NCBI GenBank assembly: GCA_048938105.1
Contig: JBHLMN010000006.1
Span: 205,591 to 269,590, forward strand
DNA: 64,000 nt
Source: Promethearchaeota archaeon
Lineage (GTDB): Archaea; Asgardarchaeota; Heimdallarchaeia; Hodarchaeales; Hodarchaeaceae
Direction of reading: 5' to 3'
In this document: in pieces, positions 46,145 to 55,840 of the stretch
How positions within the stretch are numbered: the stretch's first letter is position 1
Layout of the letters: every line of letters starts with the position of its first letter
Translations under genes and position numbers: made by a program
The notes under the pieces: generated by a model
What the model was told of the DNA's origin: nothing
The model's database searches: none
What the model saw: the letters and a program-made list of their open reading frames with translations, nothing else

Positions 46145-47317
46145 ATGATCGATTTTAGTTTATCAGATGACCAGAAAAAACTCCAATTAAAGGCTCGAGA
46201 ATTCGCTATTAAGGAGATCATACCAGTATCAAGAAAATATGATCAAACAGGGGAGTTTCCTCACGAAGTTCTCCAAAAAGCCTTTAAGCAAGGATTAATG
46301 AATACGATTTTTCCCCAAAAAATCGGAGGACCTGGGTTAGGGATCCTAGACACCTGTTTAATAGTAGAAGAAACCGCTGCAGCAGACCCTGGTATTACCA
46401 CCAGCCTATTTGATAATTGTTTAGGAGCTGAACCCATCTTAATTGGAGGGACTGAGGAGCAGATTGATCAGTTTCTTAAACCATTAACTAAAGAACTAAA
46501 ATTCATTGCGTTTGCCACCAGCGAACCAGGAGTAGGAAGTGATGTCGCGGGCTTAACTACAACTGCTCGTTTGGAAAAAGATGAGATTGTATTAAATGGT
46601 CGAAAAATGTGGGTTACTAATGGAGGAGTGGCTTCTCTACTCAGCACTTTTTGTCGTTTGGAAGGGACAAAGAGACATGAAGGCATTACTGGCGTTGTTG
46701 TACCTATGGATATCGAGGGAGTGAAAATTGGAAAACCTATTCCGAAAATGGGCCATAAAGCTTCAAATACAGTGATGGTTCGGTTTGATGAAGTACATAT
46801 TCCTGCAGAAAACATCCTTGGGGAACCAGGAAAGGGGTTCTCAATAGCAATGCATACATTTTCGCGTACACGTCCAACAATAGGGGCATTTGCCTGCGGA
46901 ATGGCGAGAGCAAGTATGGAATATGCGATTGCATATGCAAAACGTAGAAAAGCCTTTGAAACAGAAATTGCCAACTTTCAAGCTATTCAATTCCTGATTG
47001 CCGAGATGAAAATGAATGTAGACGCGGCTCGTTTACTGACATGGAAAGCCGCTTGGGAAGCAGATCAAGGCCGTGATAATACTATTTCAGCAAGTATCGC
47101 TAAAGCTTTTGCCACTGATTATGGGATGAAAACAGCGTCTGATGCTCTCCAAATCTTCGGAGGATACGGTTACACAACAAACTACCTCATAGAGAAATTG
47201 TTCAGGGATGCAAAGCTTTACCAAATATACGAAGGAACTTCTCAAATTCAAAGGATGGTTATTGGTCGCTACCTACTTACAAAATATAATCCGATTTTTG
47301 ATAAGACATTCACCTAG
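46145..47317 (+). CDS. Acyl-CoA dehydrogenase
   Basis: SEPGVGSD, LNGRKMWVTNG, RKAF, FQAIQF, FGGYGY, RDAKLYQIYEGTSQIQ (catalytic Glu). Confidence 0.92.
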   Translation: MIDFSLSDDQKKLQLKAREFAIKEIIPVSRKYDQTGEFPHEVLQKAFKQGLMNTIFPQKIGGPGLGILDTCLIVEETAAADPGITTSLFDNCLGAEPILIGGTEEQIDQFLKPLTKELKFIAFATSEPGVGSDVAGLTTTARLEKDEIVLNGRKMWVTNGGVASLLSTFCRLEGTKRHEGITGVVVPMDIEGVKIGKPIPKMGHKASNTVMVRFDEVHIPAENILGEPGKGFSIAMHTFSRTRPTIGAFACGMARASMEYAIAYAKRRKAFETEIANFQAIQFLIAEMKMNVDAARLLTWKAAWEADQGRDNTISASIAKAFATDYGMKTASDALQIFGGYGYTTNYLIEKLFRDAKLYQIYEGTSQIQRMVIGRYLLTKYNPIFDKTFT

Positions 47318-47328
47318 GAGCCAATTTA

Positions 47329-48414
47329 ATGACATTAGCTTTTGAACAATTAAATCCACACGCGTGCTTATCTTATTTAGTAAAAAAGGAAGGATCAAAT
47401 GAGTCTATCCTAATTGATCCCGTCTTAGACCATGTTGATGATTACCTCGAGATGTTAAAAGATCAAAATTTAAGATTAACACATATCATTGAGACACATA
47501 CTCATGCAGATCATATTTCGGGTGCGGCAGCAATCAAAGATCGTACAGATTGCAAGATAATAATGCACAAAAATGCACCTGCTAGGTGTGTAGATATTCA
47601 TGTAGAGGAAGGAGAGGAGCTAGATCTCCTAGGAAGTCCAATTAAAGTTATTTATACCCCTGGACACACTCAAGATTCGATATCTTTAATTTTCGAAGAA
47701 TCGAATCGAATTTTCACTGGTGATGCATTATTTTTAGATGAAGGTGGAGCAGGGAGGGATGATTTACCAGGAGGAGATCCTGCTAAACATTACGACAGTA
47801 TTCAGAAGTTTTTAAGCCTCCCCAACCATTTTATTGTATTCCCTGCTCATGAATATCGTGGCCGTCAACCATCCACGCTTGCTAAGCAAAAAACTAGCAA
47901 TCCACATCTCAAACCACGAACCCGAGAGGAATTTGTTCATTATCTTGAAGATTTGAAACTTGGGCCTGCAGATTGGATGCGTGATGTTCTTAAGTCAAAT
48001 TATGCATGTGCTCGTGATCCAGGAGGCATTTGGATACCTGTTGACTCACCTGCGTGTGAAGTAAAAGGTACTCTAGAAATAGGTGTTAATGAACAGGTTG
48101 TTTCTTCAATTTCAGTCCAAGAACTAAAGAATCGCTTAAATACTCAACAAATACCTTTGATGATTGATGTACGAGAAGAAGATGAATTAAAAGGGCCACT
48201 TGGCCAACTTAAGGATATTAAACACATCCCATTAGCTCAATTAATTTCTAATCTTGAGAAATTATCCAGTCTAAAGGATCAAGAAATTATTATAGTTTGT
48301 AGAAGTGGAGCCAGAGCTCATACAGCAGCGCAAATTATGCAGATGAAAGATTTCTCTAAAGTGTTTGTTTTGGAGGGGGGTATGAAAGCTTGGAGAGATT
48401 TTGCAGCTAGTTAG
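47329..48414 (+). CDS. Persulfide dioxygenase-like MBL domain fused to rhodanese
   Basis: ETHTHADH, TPGHT, FTGD, GR-x-D, PAHEY; C-terminal DVRE...CRSGARA...LEGGM rhodanese domain. Confidence 0.85.
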   Translation: MTLAFEQLNPHACLSYLVKKEGSNESILIDPVLDHVDDYLEMLKDQNLRLTHIIETHTHADHISGAAAIKDRTDCKIIMHKNAPARCVDIHVEEGEELDLLGSPIKVIYTPGHTQDSISLIFEESNRIFTGDALFLDEGGAGRDDLPGGDPAKHYDSIQKFLSLPNHFIVFPAHEYRGRQPSTLAKQKTSNPHLKPRTREEFVHYLEDLKLGPADWMRDVLKSNYACARDPGGIWIPVDSPACEVKGTLEIGVNEQVVSSISVQELKNRLNTQQIPLMIDVREEDELKGPLGQLKDIKHIPLAQLISNLEKLSSLKDQEIIIVCRSGARAHTAAQIMQMKDFSKVFVLEGGMKAWRDFAAS

Positions 48415-48437
48415 TTCCATCGAAGAGTGAATATCTT

Positions 48438-49397
48438 ATGAATGATAGAAAGAAATATCCCACTGAAGAGGTTGAACCAGAGAATTTTTTAGATAATGAT
48501 GAGGTTATGAAACTTTTAGAGAATCGTAAAAGCTATAAATTCAAACAAGAGGATTATCTAAAATTATTGAATTGTGTACATTGTAATGCTTGTGGAACCT
48601 CAGAGGAGAGATGTCAGCTAAATCAAAAATTTTTAGAAGATGGAAATGAAATTAAGGGCCTTGCTGAAATGATTATTAGTTTCGAAAAGTATGGTACTCC
48701 ATATTCAACTAATAAAATGCGAATCAGAAAGCCTGAAGGTATTCCTGAAGAAAGTAAGACCCTTTATTATATGGGGTGTTTATCGACCATTAGAGTTCCT
48801 CGCTATACTGAAAATTCTTTGAAATATCTCCTACAACAGAATATTGACTTTACTATCTTAGATAAAGAAATATGCTGTGGGTATCCGTTATATGTATCTG
48901 GTGCATTTGATGAATATGAGAAATGCAAAAAAGAGAATGTAGAAATATTCAAAGACTACGAGAAAATCATTTGCGCTTGTCCTGCCTGCTACTATGTGTT
49001 TAAAGCCCACTATCAAGAAGATGTTGATGCAGAAATATCATTTGTAGTAGATTATTTAAAGCCAACAGACACGAAAAAAACGGGTCAAATTGCTGTTCAA
49101 CACCTCTGTCAATTAATGAATCGTGGACGCCCTGAAGTTACAAAGTTTGTCAATGATGTTCTTCATGAATCGGGCTATGAGGTTCTTGATGTTCCTCATT
49201 GGTGTTGTGGAGGTGGGATTGGATACATGCATAGGCTAGACATTATTGACAAAATAGCGATGAAAAGGATGAGTGATTTCAAGGAAGGAGATTATAGCAC
49301 CACGTATTGCGTTTCGTGTTGGTGGATTCTCTCCCACTTTGGTAGAAAGTATAAGATCACACCAAAACCCAAAGATATTTTTGCATTATTAATGTAA
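48438..49397 (+). CDS. CCG-domain (HdrB/HdrD/GlpC-like) Fe-S protein
   Basis: CVHCNAC, YMGC...CCG...CPAC, and a second C...CCGGG...CVSC repeat. Confidence 0.75.
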   Translation: MNDRKKYPTEEVEPENFLDNDEVMKLLENRKSYKFKQEDYLKLLNCVHCNACGTSEERCQLNQKFLEDGNEIKGLAEMIISFEKYGTPYSTNKMRIRKPEGIPEESKTLYYMGCLSTIRVPRYTENSLKYLLQQNIDFTILDKEICCGYPLYVSGAFDEYEKCKKENVEIFKDYEKIICACPACYYVFKAHYQEDVDAEISFVVDYLKPTDTKKTGQIAVQHLCQLMNRGRPEVTKFVNDVLHESGYEVLDVPHWCCGGGIGYMHRLDIIDKIAMKRMSDFKEGDYSTTYCVSCWWILSHFGRKYKITPKPKDIFALLM

Positions 49398-49489
49398 CTT
49401 TTCCCATTTCTGCCTTTAAAGAGGAGCCATCTTTTTAAGCAGAAGTAGATTTCAATTTTGGGTGTATATTAACGAAGGGCGTAAAAATT

Positions 49490-49771
49490 ATGTTTGGACA
49501 GGTACCTATTAATCTTGAAAAAATAAGTAAAGAACATATGAACATGGAAATATTACGGATAGCTCTAATTGCTGAATTGGATGCTATAAACCTTTATGAA
49601 CAAATGGCAGCTTATACTGACGATGGTAATATAAAGAAGGTTCTTCTAGAAGTAGCTAAGGAAGAGAAAGAACATGTTGGAGAATTCCAGACTCTCCTCC
49701 TAGGACTAGACAAGGAACTGGTAGAAGAGATGGAAGAAGGGAAAAAAGAAGTTGAAGAATTGACTGGGTAA
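49490..49771 (+). CDS. Short ferritin-like protein (encapsulin-cargo Flp/EncFtn family)
   Basis: LRIALIAELDAINLYEQ...EEKEHVGEF two-helix half-ferritin. Confidence 0.8.
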   Translation: MFGQVPINLEKISKEHMNMEILRIALIAELDAINLYEQMAAYTDDGNIKKVLLEVAKEEKEHVGEFQTLLLGLDKELVEEMEEGKKEVEELTG

Positions 49772-49821
49772 TTAAAAGAATCATCCTTATGTGAATTGTT
49801 GAAGTAAAGACACCATTTACT

Positions 49822-50490
49822 TTAATTTTCACGCTGTTTCATACATAAAAAAAACCCTAAATCTTTCAGAAATTTATATTCTTTGAGAATTAAAAAACCA
49901 GCATCAGCAAGACCTTGATTGAACTCATTCCAAGTGAAATAAGCTTTCCTAGGATGGAACACCTTTAGATACCTCTCGAACCAGCTTAATGACCTACTGT
50001 TAATTTCATTTATCAGTAATAATCCTTTTGGTTTTAGAACCCTGTTGATTTCTTTTAATCCATCTTGCCACCCTTCAACATGGTGAAGTACAGTAAAAAC
50101 AAAGACCATATCAAATTTTTTTGAGGGCAGGTTGATTTCTTTAACATCCCCTATAAAGACCTTAACTGGGAGGTTTTTCTTTTTTACTTTAGCAGTTGAT
50201 AATAACACCATTTTTAGACTTATATCGAACGCAAAGTACTCTTTAGGCTTAAAACTTCTATAAATAGGTTCTATTCCGTATCCAGCTCCACATCCTACTT
50301 CCAAGATATTCTTCCCTATTAAATCAAAATTACAAGACTTTATAAAGAATTTAAAAACTTTTAATTCAAGAAAGGAGAGCATTAGCTTCTTAATTGGGCT
50401 AACCATTAATCTTTCTTCTAAATGATGTAAATTAAGGTTTTTCCCATGGATTTTATTAAAATCTTCGTTAACAATACTTTCAAAATTCAA
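49822..50490 (-). CDS. Class I SAM-dependent methyltransferase
   Basis: ILEVGCGAG, FDIS, FDMV, RVLKPKG. Confidence 0.88.
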   Translation of the reverse strand: MNFESIVNEDFNKIHGKNLNLHHLEERLMVSPIKKLMLSFLELKVFKFFIKSCNFDLIGKNILEVGCGAGYGIEPIYRSFKPKEYFAFDISLKMVLLSTAKVKKKNLPVKVFIGDVKEINLPSKKFDMVFVFTVLHHVEGWQDGLKEINRVLKPKGLLLINEINSRSLSWFERYLKVFHPRKAYFTWNEFNQGLADAGFLILKEYKFLKDLGFFLCMKQREN

Positions 50491-50706
50491 TTTATATTAT
50501 TCTCCTAACAGAGAATAAGACCCTAGTCAAATAGATGCTGTTTGAGTTTCAGTTTAATTCTTAATTGAGCGGAACCATGAGATTACGATAAAATGATCGA
50601 AATAATGTAAAGATTAAAACCATTCCAAGAATCATGAATTTTCCTAGGAATAATAAGGAAGAAAGACTTTTTTTAATTTAAAATCATTACTTAATGGTGA
50701 AATTAG

Positions 50707-51465
50707 TTGGTTACTAACCTAGAGAGTATTATTACGAAAAAAGAGGGGTCAATCAACCAAAAAATATTCGGTTTAATTAGGTTAGCAAGACCCCAGTTTT
50801 TAATTGCCTATCTGATTGTCGGTATTGGAGGATTGGTTGTTGGAGTTCAGCAAGGATTTGAGATTGATTTTTTTATTGCGTTATATTCTCTAATAGTTGT
50901 CCTCATTTCTGCAATTGGTGTTCATTACCGTGACGAAGCAGGGGACTGGGCTGCGGGGTATGATATTGAATATGGTGGAATGGGAGTCATTAGAGAAGGT
51001 ACATTAAACGAAAAGACTGTTCGACTCTTGGGTCGGCTCATCTCTTTTATTACAATAATTATGGGGATCATACAGGCACTTTATCATTTTTTGTATAAAA
51101 ACGACCCCATTTTAATGATTATTGGGATTCCAATAATATTTATGATAGTTTTAGTTAATTATTTAACCGAAGAGATTCCTCTTGGTCATGAAATTATCAC
51201 AGCAGGTTCATATCTCGCAACTTTCTATTGGATATACTTGAATCAAACGTGGAACATCACAACATCCGTGTTATTCTTCTCGGTTTTCATATACTTGATT
51301 GTTTTTGCTCTCATCCCGTATCAAGACATAGGGGATGTGGAAGTGGATACAAAAACTGGAAAGAAAACATTAACACGAAAACTAGGATTAGATAGAGTTG
51401 GTCACCTATCAATCTTTATTGGGCTATTCTCAATTGTGTTCTTATATCTTGCATTACTAAGCTAG
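50707..51465 (+). CDS. UbiA/MenA-family prenyltransferase
   Basis: LARP, DEAGDWAAGYD and QDIGDVEVDTKTGKKTL Asp-rich motifs; multiple TM segments. Confidence 0.8.
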   Translation: MVTNLESIITKKEGSINQKIFGLIRLARPQFLIAYLIVGIGGLVVGVQQGFEIDFFIALYSLIVVLISAIGVHYRDEAGDWAAGYDIEYGGMGVIREGTLNEKTVRLLGRLISFITIIMGIIQALYHFLYKNDPILMIIGIPIIFMIVLVNYLTEEIPLGHEIITAGSYLATFYWIYLNQTWNITTSVLFFSVFIYLIVFALIPYQDIGDVEVDTKTGKKTLTRKLGLDRVGHLSIFIGLFSIVFLYLALLS

Positions 51466-51504
51466 CCAAGTGATCGAAAACATGATTTTTAAGAGGAGAA
51501 GACT

Positions 51505-52083
51505 ATGAGTAATGAAAAAAAATTTGAAATTTGCCGTGTTTGTGGTTATGTCCGAGTTGCAGGAAAGGGTGGGGATTGCCCTGCCTGTGGCGTTAGGGAG
51601 ACAGCTTTTGTTCCGTTTCAGCACAGAGCCTCTTTCAACAGACGAACCTATCTTAAGTTAGATGTACATCCAGTAGCAGTGCATTTTACAATATCTTATA
51701 CAGCTGTAACAGCCTTACTGTATTTCTTACTGCTATTTACCGACACATTACTTGGAGTTCCTATCCAAGGGATTTTTGATTTACAAATTACCTTCCTTCC
51801 CCTTTTAATTGCAGGGGGAGGAATAACTGGGCTTATAGATGGGAAAATTAGGTTTAGGAAAATTAAAACACCTTATCTTAAGAGAAAAATAATGCTTGGG
51901 TGTATTTTGCTGGTAACTTCTGTAATCCTTTTTCTACTACATCTCATCAGTCAAGGTGCTAATACATTTCTATTGATTGAAGGATTATTAATTTCTGTTG
52001 CTTTCATACTCGCAAGTTATCTTGGATGGATTGGTGCAGAATTAATATGCCCAATTGTACCAATGGGAAAAATGGAATCATAA
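51505..52083 (+). CDS. Rubredoxin-like domain fused to a DUF2231-like membrane domain
   Basis: CRVCGY...CPACG, then HPVAVHF and four TM segments ending in GWIGAEL. Confidence 0.7.
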   Translation: MSNEKKFEICRVCGYVRVAGKGGDCPACGVRETAFVPFQHRASFNRRTYLKLDVHPVAVHFTISYTAVTALLYFLLLFTDTLLGVPIQGIFDLQITFLPLLIAGGGITGLIDGKIRFRKIKTPYLKRKIMLGCILLVTSVILFLLHLISQGANTFLLIEGLLISVAFILASYLGWIGAELICPIVPMGKMES

Positions 52084-52151
52084 TTTCATTTTCTTATACC
52101 CAGAGGTCGACGTGTTTGAGAAAAATTATTAAGTATATGAAAGGGCTCCTA

Positions 52152-53222
52152 TTAATATACTCCTATATCTGTTTCTTGTATTTTACCACTAAATAATTTA
52201 TAGACAAATGCAGTATAAAGTAAGACAAGTGGAAGAGCTATTAAGGCAATCATAAGCATGATGAGTAATCCAAGATCTGAAGCTGAAGCATTATGAATTG
52301 TAAGACTGTAATTAGGATTTACTGAAGATACGACTAAGTTCGGATAGACTGCTATAGCTGCCCCGAGAATGCTAAAAGCGATAGAAAAAATTGAACTGAT
52401 AAAAGTACGAATTGGGTCTGCTTCAATCCAAATATGCCACAGGGCGGTGAGAATAGCCACAAATCCTAATATAGGAATTAGTAAGAGAATAGGATTTGCA
52501 ATGAAATTCTCAAGAACATGATTATAAAAAAACGCACTAATAACTAGAGAAAAACTCGAACAAACTAAAAAAGCTATAATCCCGATTTTAGCCCATTGAG
52601 TCGCTTTTTTTTGGAGTGTCCCAGTCGTTCGCAGACAAATATAGATGGCTCCATGAGTAATGATTATAGTAAGTGCCAATAATCCAATCAAGAGGGCATA
52701 GGGATTAAATAAAGAGAAAAGGTCTCCTGTGAAGTTTTTATCGACATCGATAGGCAAGCCTTGGATTAAATTTCCAATTACCACTCCAAAAGAGAAAGAG
52801 GGAACAATGCTACCGATAATAAAAGCTGTATCAGTTATCCTATGCCAGAGGGGTGAGTCAAATTCATCATGGAATTCAATAGAAGTTGCCCGGAGAATTA
52901 GACAAAAGATAACTAAAATCAAGGGGAGGTAGAATGCGCTAAAAACAGTAGCATACACATCAGGAAAAGCTGCAAATAAGATACCTCCGGCTGCTATTAG
53001 CCATACCTCATTTCCGTCCCAGAATGGAGCTATTGTTTTAAGGAGAACCTTTCTATTGGCCTTTGTGATATTCTCATCCTTTTCACGGGCAAAAAAGAAC
53101 CAAAAACCAACCCCAAGATCAAAACCATCAAGGATGGTATAAATGATTATAATCAAAATTAAAACGATGAACCAAATATCTTGTAATAATGTCAACATAT
53201 CTAGTCCTTGACTAAGAGTCAT
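52152..53222 (-). CDS. cydB: Cytochrome bd oxidase subunit II
   Basis: LDGFDLGVG, PFWDGNEVW, SLTIHNASAS. Confidence 0.95.
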   Translation of the reverse strand: MTLSQGLDMLTLLQDIWFIVLILIIIIYTILDGFDLGVGFWFFFAREKDENITKANRKVLLKTIAPFWDGNEVWLIAAGGILFAAFPDVYATVFSAFYLPLILVIFCLILRATSIEFHDEFDSPLWHRITDTAFIIGSIVPSFSFGVVIGNLIQGLPIDVDKNFTGDLFSLFNPYALLIGLLALTIIITHGAIYICLRTTGTLQKKATQWAKIGIIAFLVCSSFSLVISAFFYNHVLENFIANPILLLIPILGFVAILTALWHIWIEADPIRTFISSIFSIAFSILGAAIAVYPNLVVSSVNPNYSLTIHNASASDLGLLIMLMIALIALPLVLLYTAFVYKLFSGKIQETDIGVY

Positions 53223-54571
53223 TGTTTCACCTCCTGTTTAATTGGCCCTTTGATTATTATCCGTCTCATGATGAGAATCCAAATTATAGTAAGTATAATA
53301 TAGGTTGAAATGAAAAGCATTAATGAAATAAAAACCTGTTCTGCTGGAACGACTGTTGAAACTCCATCGATAGTTCTCATGACACCCTGAACGATCCAGG
53401 GCTGTCGGCCGACTTCAGTTGTTATCCAACCTACCTCATTTGCTAGAATTGGAAGGGGAATACAAATAATGGCTAAGCGAAGGTACCATTTCTGAAATCT
53501 CCAATTGGTGTCAAATAACTTCTTTTTCCAGAGAAGGATCACTCCAAGACCAGAAGTTAGGATTAAAATCCCACCTAAAATCACCATAGCATGAAATGAA
53601 TAAAATGTAAGCATGACAGGAGGCGTATCAGGAGCCAAATCATTTAATCCAGTAACTGTAGCATTTGGATTTCCAAGAAGGATACTGAGAAGAGGAATAT
53701 CCAGCAAACCAAAAAATGAAGTATCAATTTGGAAAAGAATTCGTGATTCATCGAGGATCGCAAATATTACAAGCGGGACACCACTTTCTGTTTCAAAAAT
53801 TGCCTCTTGAGCTGCAAATTTTGCTGGTTGATATTCATATACTATCGTTGAATTCCAGTGTCCAAGAAAAACTTGAAATAGTGAAAGAAAAATTCCGACG
53901 ACGAGTGCAGCTTTTATCGAGTCTTTGGCAGCCTGGGTATGTTCATTCTTTAATAAGTACCATGCGCTAACCCCTATAATGAAGAAAGATCCCGTCATCA
54001 GACATGCATTTACTGTATGAAAGAAACGGGGAAACATTGATGGTGTAAAGATTGCTTGCCAAAAATCAGTTAATACTGCTCTTCCCCCTTCTATTTTATA
54101 TCCCCCAGGAGTATGCATCCAAGAGTTAGCGCAAAGAATCCAAAATGCTGAGATAACCGAACCAATTGCCACCATTAGTGATGAAAACCAAAGAACTCGA
54201 TCAGAAATACGTTCACTTTTCCATCCTTGAAGCATTACTCCAAGAAATACGGATTCTAGAAAGAATGCAAAGAAGACTTCGAGAGTTAACATACTACCAA
54301 AAATCCCACCTACAAAACGTGCGAATTCACTCCAATTGGTACCAAAGCTAAATTCCATTACAATCCCCGTGGGGATTCCAATTGCTACAGTTGTAGCTAA
54401 AAGCTTTACCCAGAACCATGAAAGATCTTTGTAATGACTATTTTTAGTTCTCATGTATTTTGTCATAAAATAGACAATAAACCAAGCCAAACCAATTGTG
54501 AGTGGGGGAAATATGAAGTGATATCCAATAGTAAGCCAGAATTGTATTTTTGCAAGCGTAACAGTATCCAT
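53219..54571 (-). CDS. cydA: Cytochrome bd oxidase subunit I (short Q-loop)
   Basis: HFIF, FGTNW, NSWM, FHT, QPAKFAAQE, FHAM, EVGRQPW. Confidence 0.95.
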   Translation of the reverse strand: MDTVTLAKIQFWLTIGYHFIFPPLTIGLAWFIVYFMTKYMRTKNSHYKDLSWFWVKLLATTVAIGIPTGIVMEFSFGTNWSEFARFVGGIFGSMLTLEVFFAFFLESVFLGVMLQGWKSERISDRVLWFSSLMVAIGSVISAFWILCANSWMHTPGGYKIEGGRAVLTDFWQAIFTPSMFPRFFHTVNACLMTGSFFIIGVSAWYLLKNEHTQAAKDSIKAALVVGIFLSLFQVFLGHWNSTIVYEYQPAKFAAQEAIFETESGVPLVIFAILDESRILFQIDTSFFGLLDIPLLSILLGNPNATVTGLNDLAPDTPPVMLTFYSFHAMVILGGILILTSGLGVILLWKKKLFDTNWRFQKWYLRLAIICIPLPILANEVGWITTEVGRQPWIVQGVMRTIDGVSTVVPAEQVFISLMLFISTYIILTIIWILIMRRIIIKGPIKQEVKQ

Positions 54572-54750
54572 AGTTTAACCTCGTTATTACTTTCCATAGA
54601 TTCTTCTTATTCTTACTTCATTTTCAAAAATCTATAGTTTTTTCTTGGTTCTGAAAACCTGAACTATAAGAATAAAATCATTATCCCAAAATACTGGAAC
54701 AAACAAAAAAAGAGGTATCTTCAGTAATCTATTTTCAAAGTAAAATTAAG

Positions 54751-55821
54751 GTGACAAACATGTCTTCTGGAAATATGACATTAGAAGAGGTTCGTTCTAA
54801 AGCAAAGGAAAAGTTAAAGGGAGTATGTATGGTTTATAAGGACTGTGATGGTAACCCAACCAGATTTTGTCAGGGTCAACATTACGGAAGACCGTTAGGT
54901 TTTGGGGGTATTGGAAGTGGAGCTTCATTCCACAATAATTGGTTAGCATTAAGAAAGCTGAAATTAAAGATGAAGCTAGTTGAGACTCACTTCGAACCTG
55001 ACATTACTTTTCAATTTTTTGGTAAAACTTTGTCAATGCCAATTATGGGGGCTTCTGTTACGGGCGTAAACTCATTTGGGGGTGAAAAGGTGATATCAGA
55101 GAAGGATTTTTGTCAAAAGACTGTTCAAGGATGTGTTGCAGCAGGAACTCTTTCTTGGAGAGGAGATACTTATACTTATTCTATCGAGAATTCTTTTGGT
55201 CTTGATGCGATTAGGGATGTCAATTCAGGTGGCGTTAAAATTGTTAAGCCAAGAGAACAGTCTGTTATCATTGAGTTCTTTAAGAAAGCCGAACAGTATG
55301 GGGCAACAGCAGTGGGGGTGGATACGGATGGTTGTGGTTCATATATGATGAATAAGCACAATAGACCTGTATTTAAGAAGACACCTGATGACATTCGTGA
55401 ACTGGTGAATTCTACGACTCTTCCAGTAATAATAAAAGGTGTTATGTGTACTGAAGATGCTTTAGAGGCAGTTAATGCTGGAGTTTCAGCTATTGTTGTT
55501 TCAAATCATGGAGGCCGTGTACTTGATCATACACCTGGAACTGCTGATGTACTCCCAGAGATTGCAGAGGCGTTGAAAGATAGAAAAGTTATGATTGTAG
55601 CTGATGGTGGTATTAGAACAGGTTTTGATGTTCTAAAGATGTTAGCTCTGGGTGCTGATGCGGCTTTGATTGGACGAGACATTGTAAGAGCAGCTGTAGG
55701 TGGTGGATCTGAGGGTGTTCGATTACAGATGGATTATTTACGAAAGACACTGAAAAAAGCAATGAAAATGACTGGATGTTCTTCTTTAGATAATATAAAC
55801 CCTAATATCTTAGAATCCTGA
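54751..55821 (+). CDS. FMN-dependent alpha-hydroxy acid oxidase/dehydrogenase
   Basis: [21 protein letters not shown]-x-D; N-terminal Cys cluster. Confidence 0.88.
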   Translation: MTNMSSGNMTLEEVRSKAKEKLKGVCMVYKDCDGNPTRFCQGQHYGRPLGFGGIGSGASFHNNWLALRKLKLKMKLVETHFEPDITFQFFGKTLSMPIMGASVTGVNSFGGEKVISEKDFCQKTVQGCVAAGTLSWRGDTYTYSIENSFGLDAIRDVNSGGVKIVKPREQSVIIEFFKKAEQYGATAVGVDTDGCGSYMMNKHNRPVFKKTPDDIRELVNSTTLPVIIKGVMCTEDALEAVNAGVSAIVVSNHGGRVLDHTPGTADVLPEIAEALKDRKVMIVADGGIRTGFDVLKMLALGADAALIGRDIVRAAVGGGSEGVRLQMDYLRKTLKKAMKMTGCSSLDNINPNILES

Positions 55822-55840
55822 TTACCATACTAATTTCAAT

